A stretch of DNA of 32,000 nt from Thermodesulfobacteriota bacterium (GTDB lineage: Bacteria > Desulfobacterota > WTBG01 > JAGOGO01): contig CP113000.1 of assembly GCA_026625185.1 (NCBI GenBank), positions 1,575,622 through 1,607,621 of the forward strand, given 5' to 3'. This document shows positions 31,912 to 32,000 of the stretch, piece by piece. The position numbers and the translations under genes were made by a program. The notes beneath the pieces were generated by a model. That model did no database searches. It was not told where the DNA came from and saw only the letters and a list, made by a program, of their open reading frames with translations. Positions within the stretch are counted from its first letter, which is position 1. Each line of letters opens with the position of its first letter.

Positions 31912-32000
31912 ATGCGCAGTGACCAGATGAAGTCAGGATTAGAAAAAGCGCCCCATCGGGCTTTATTTAAAGCCATGGGTTACACTGATGAAGAGATCCG
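31912..32000 (+). CDS. ilvD: dihydroxy-acid dehydratase, N-terminal fragment running off the window
   Basis: Strong RBS AAAAGGAGG upstream of ATG 31912. Hand translation [29 protein letters not shown] matches the conserved IlvD/Edd N-terminus (..G.e+APHRsLl+a.G.tdee.). Confidence 0.8.
   Translation, partial: MRSDQMKSGLEKAPHRALFKAMGYTDEEI

Noticed and set aside
1-32000. CRISPR arrays, tRNA/rRNA genes, transposases/integrases or recognisable defence systems
   Set aside because: No regularly spaced direct repeats were seen. There is no T-loop/GTTCGAATC-type tRNA signature, and no DDE, serine or tyrosine recombinase motifs appear in any long ORF. The window reads as housekeeping and signalling genes.

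Overview
About 30 genes from a bacterial chromosome with moderate GC and AT-rich intergenic regions. The gene content suggests an anaerobe, but I cannot assign a taxon. No rRNA, tRNA, CRISPR array, transposase or recognisable defence system was seen.

Gene content, left to right:
- PAC2-family gene, cut by the window edge
- multi-pass membrane protein
- B-box zinc-finger / multi-TM / TPR protein, convergent with a rhomboid protease that has a TPR tail
- PAS-containing sigma-54 activator
- uvrD/pcrA-like helicase and proC operon (minus strand)
- small BRO-N-like ORF plus a ParB-N-domain ORF
- complete fixABCX (ETF / ETF-quinone oxidoreductase / ferredoxin) operon, followed by two small unknown genes
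- orphan multi-TM module
- 1159-aa Cache-HAMP-PAS-GAF-HisKA_3 kinase with a convergent NarL-type regulator
- second signalling cluster: REC, STAS-like, mini-ORF, REC-kinase
- ~918-aa M16 peptidase
- membrane protein
- PfpI/DJ-1 protein
- M50 protease
- Usp protein
- DEAD-box helicase
- start of ilvD

Main observations:
1. Four in-frame TAA/TAG codons and one frameshift interrupt otherwise well-conserved genes. These are the rhomboid-TPR gene, the REC-HisKA-HATPase gene (two stops), the M16 peptidase, and a membrane protein.
2. Two ~124-bp, ~90%-identical, hairpin-closing repeats lie in direct orientation on either side of the DEAD-box helicase gene. One lies upstream of the helicase gene and the other upstream of ilvD. 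Each is flanked by a duplicated trinucleotide, which fits a MITE-like element or an unclassified structured RNA.
3. A Cys-motif PAS module is tandemly duplicated in the large kinase, and a similar motif appears in the sigma-54 activator.
4. A stand-alone protein resembling only the N-terminal half of GspE/PilB secretion ATPases sits directly after fixX.
5. Three long intergenic islands are packed with GC-rich palindromic REP-like repeats.

I found no clear novel multi-gene system. All functional calls rest on motif recognition by eye, not on database searches.
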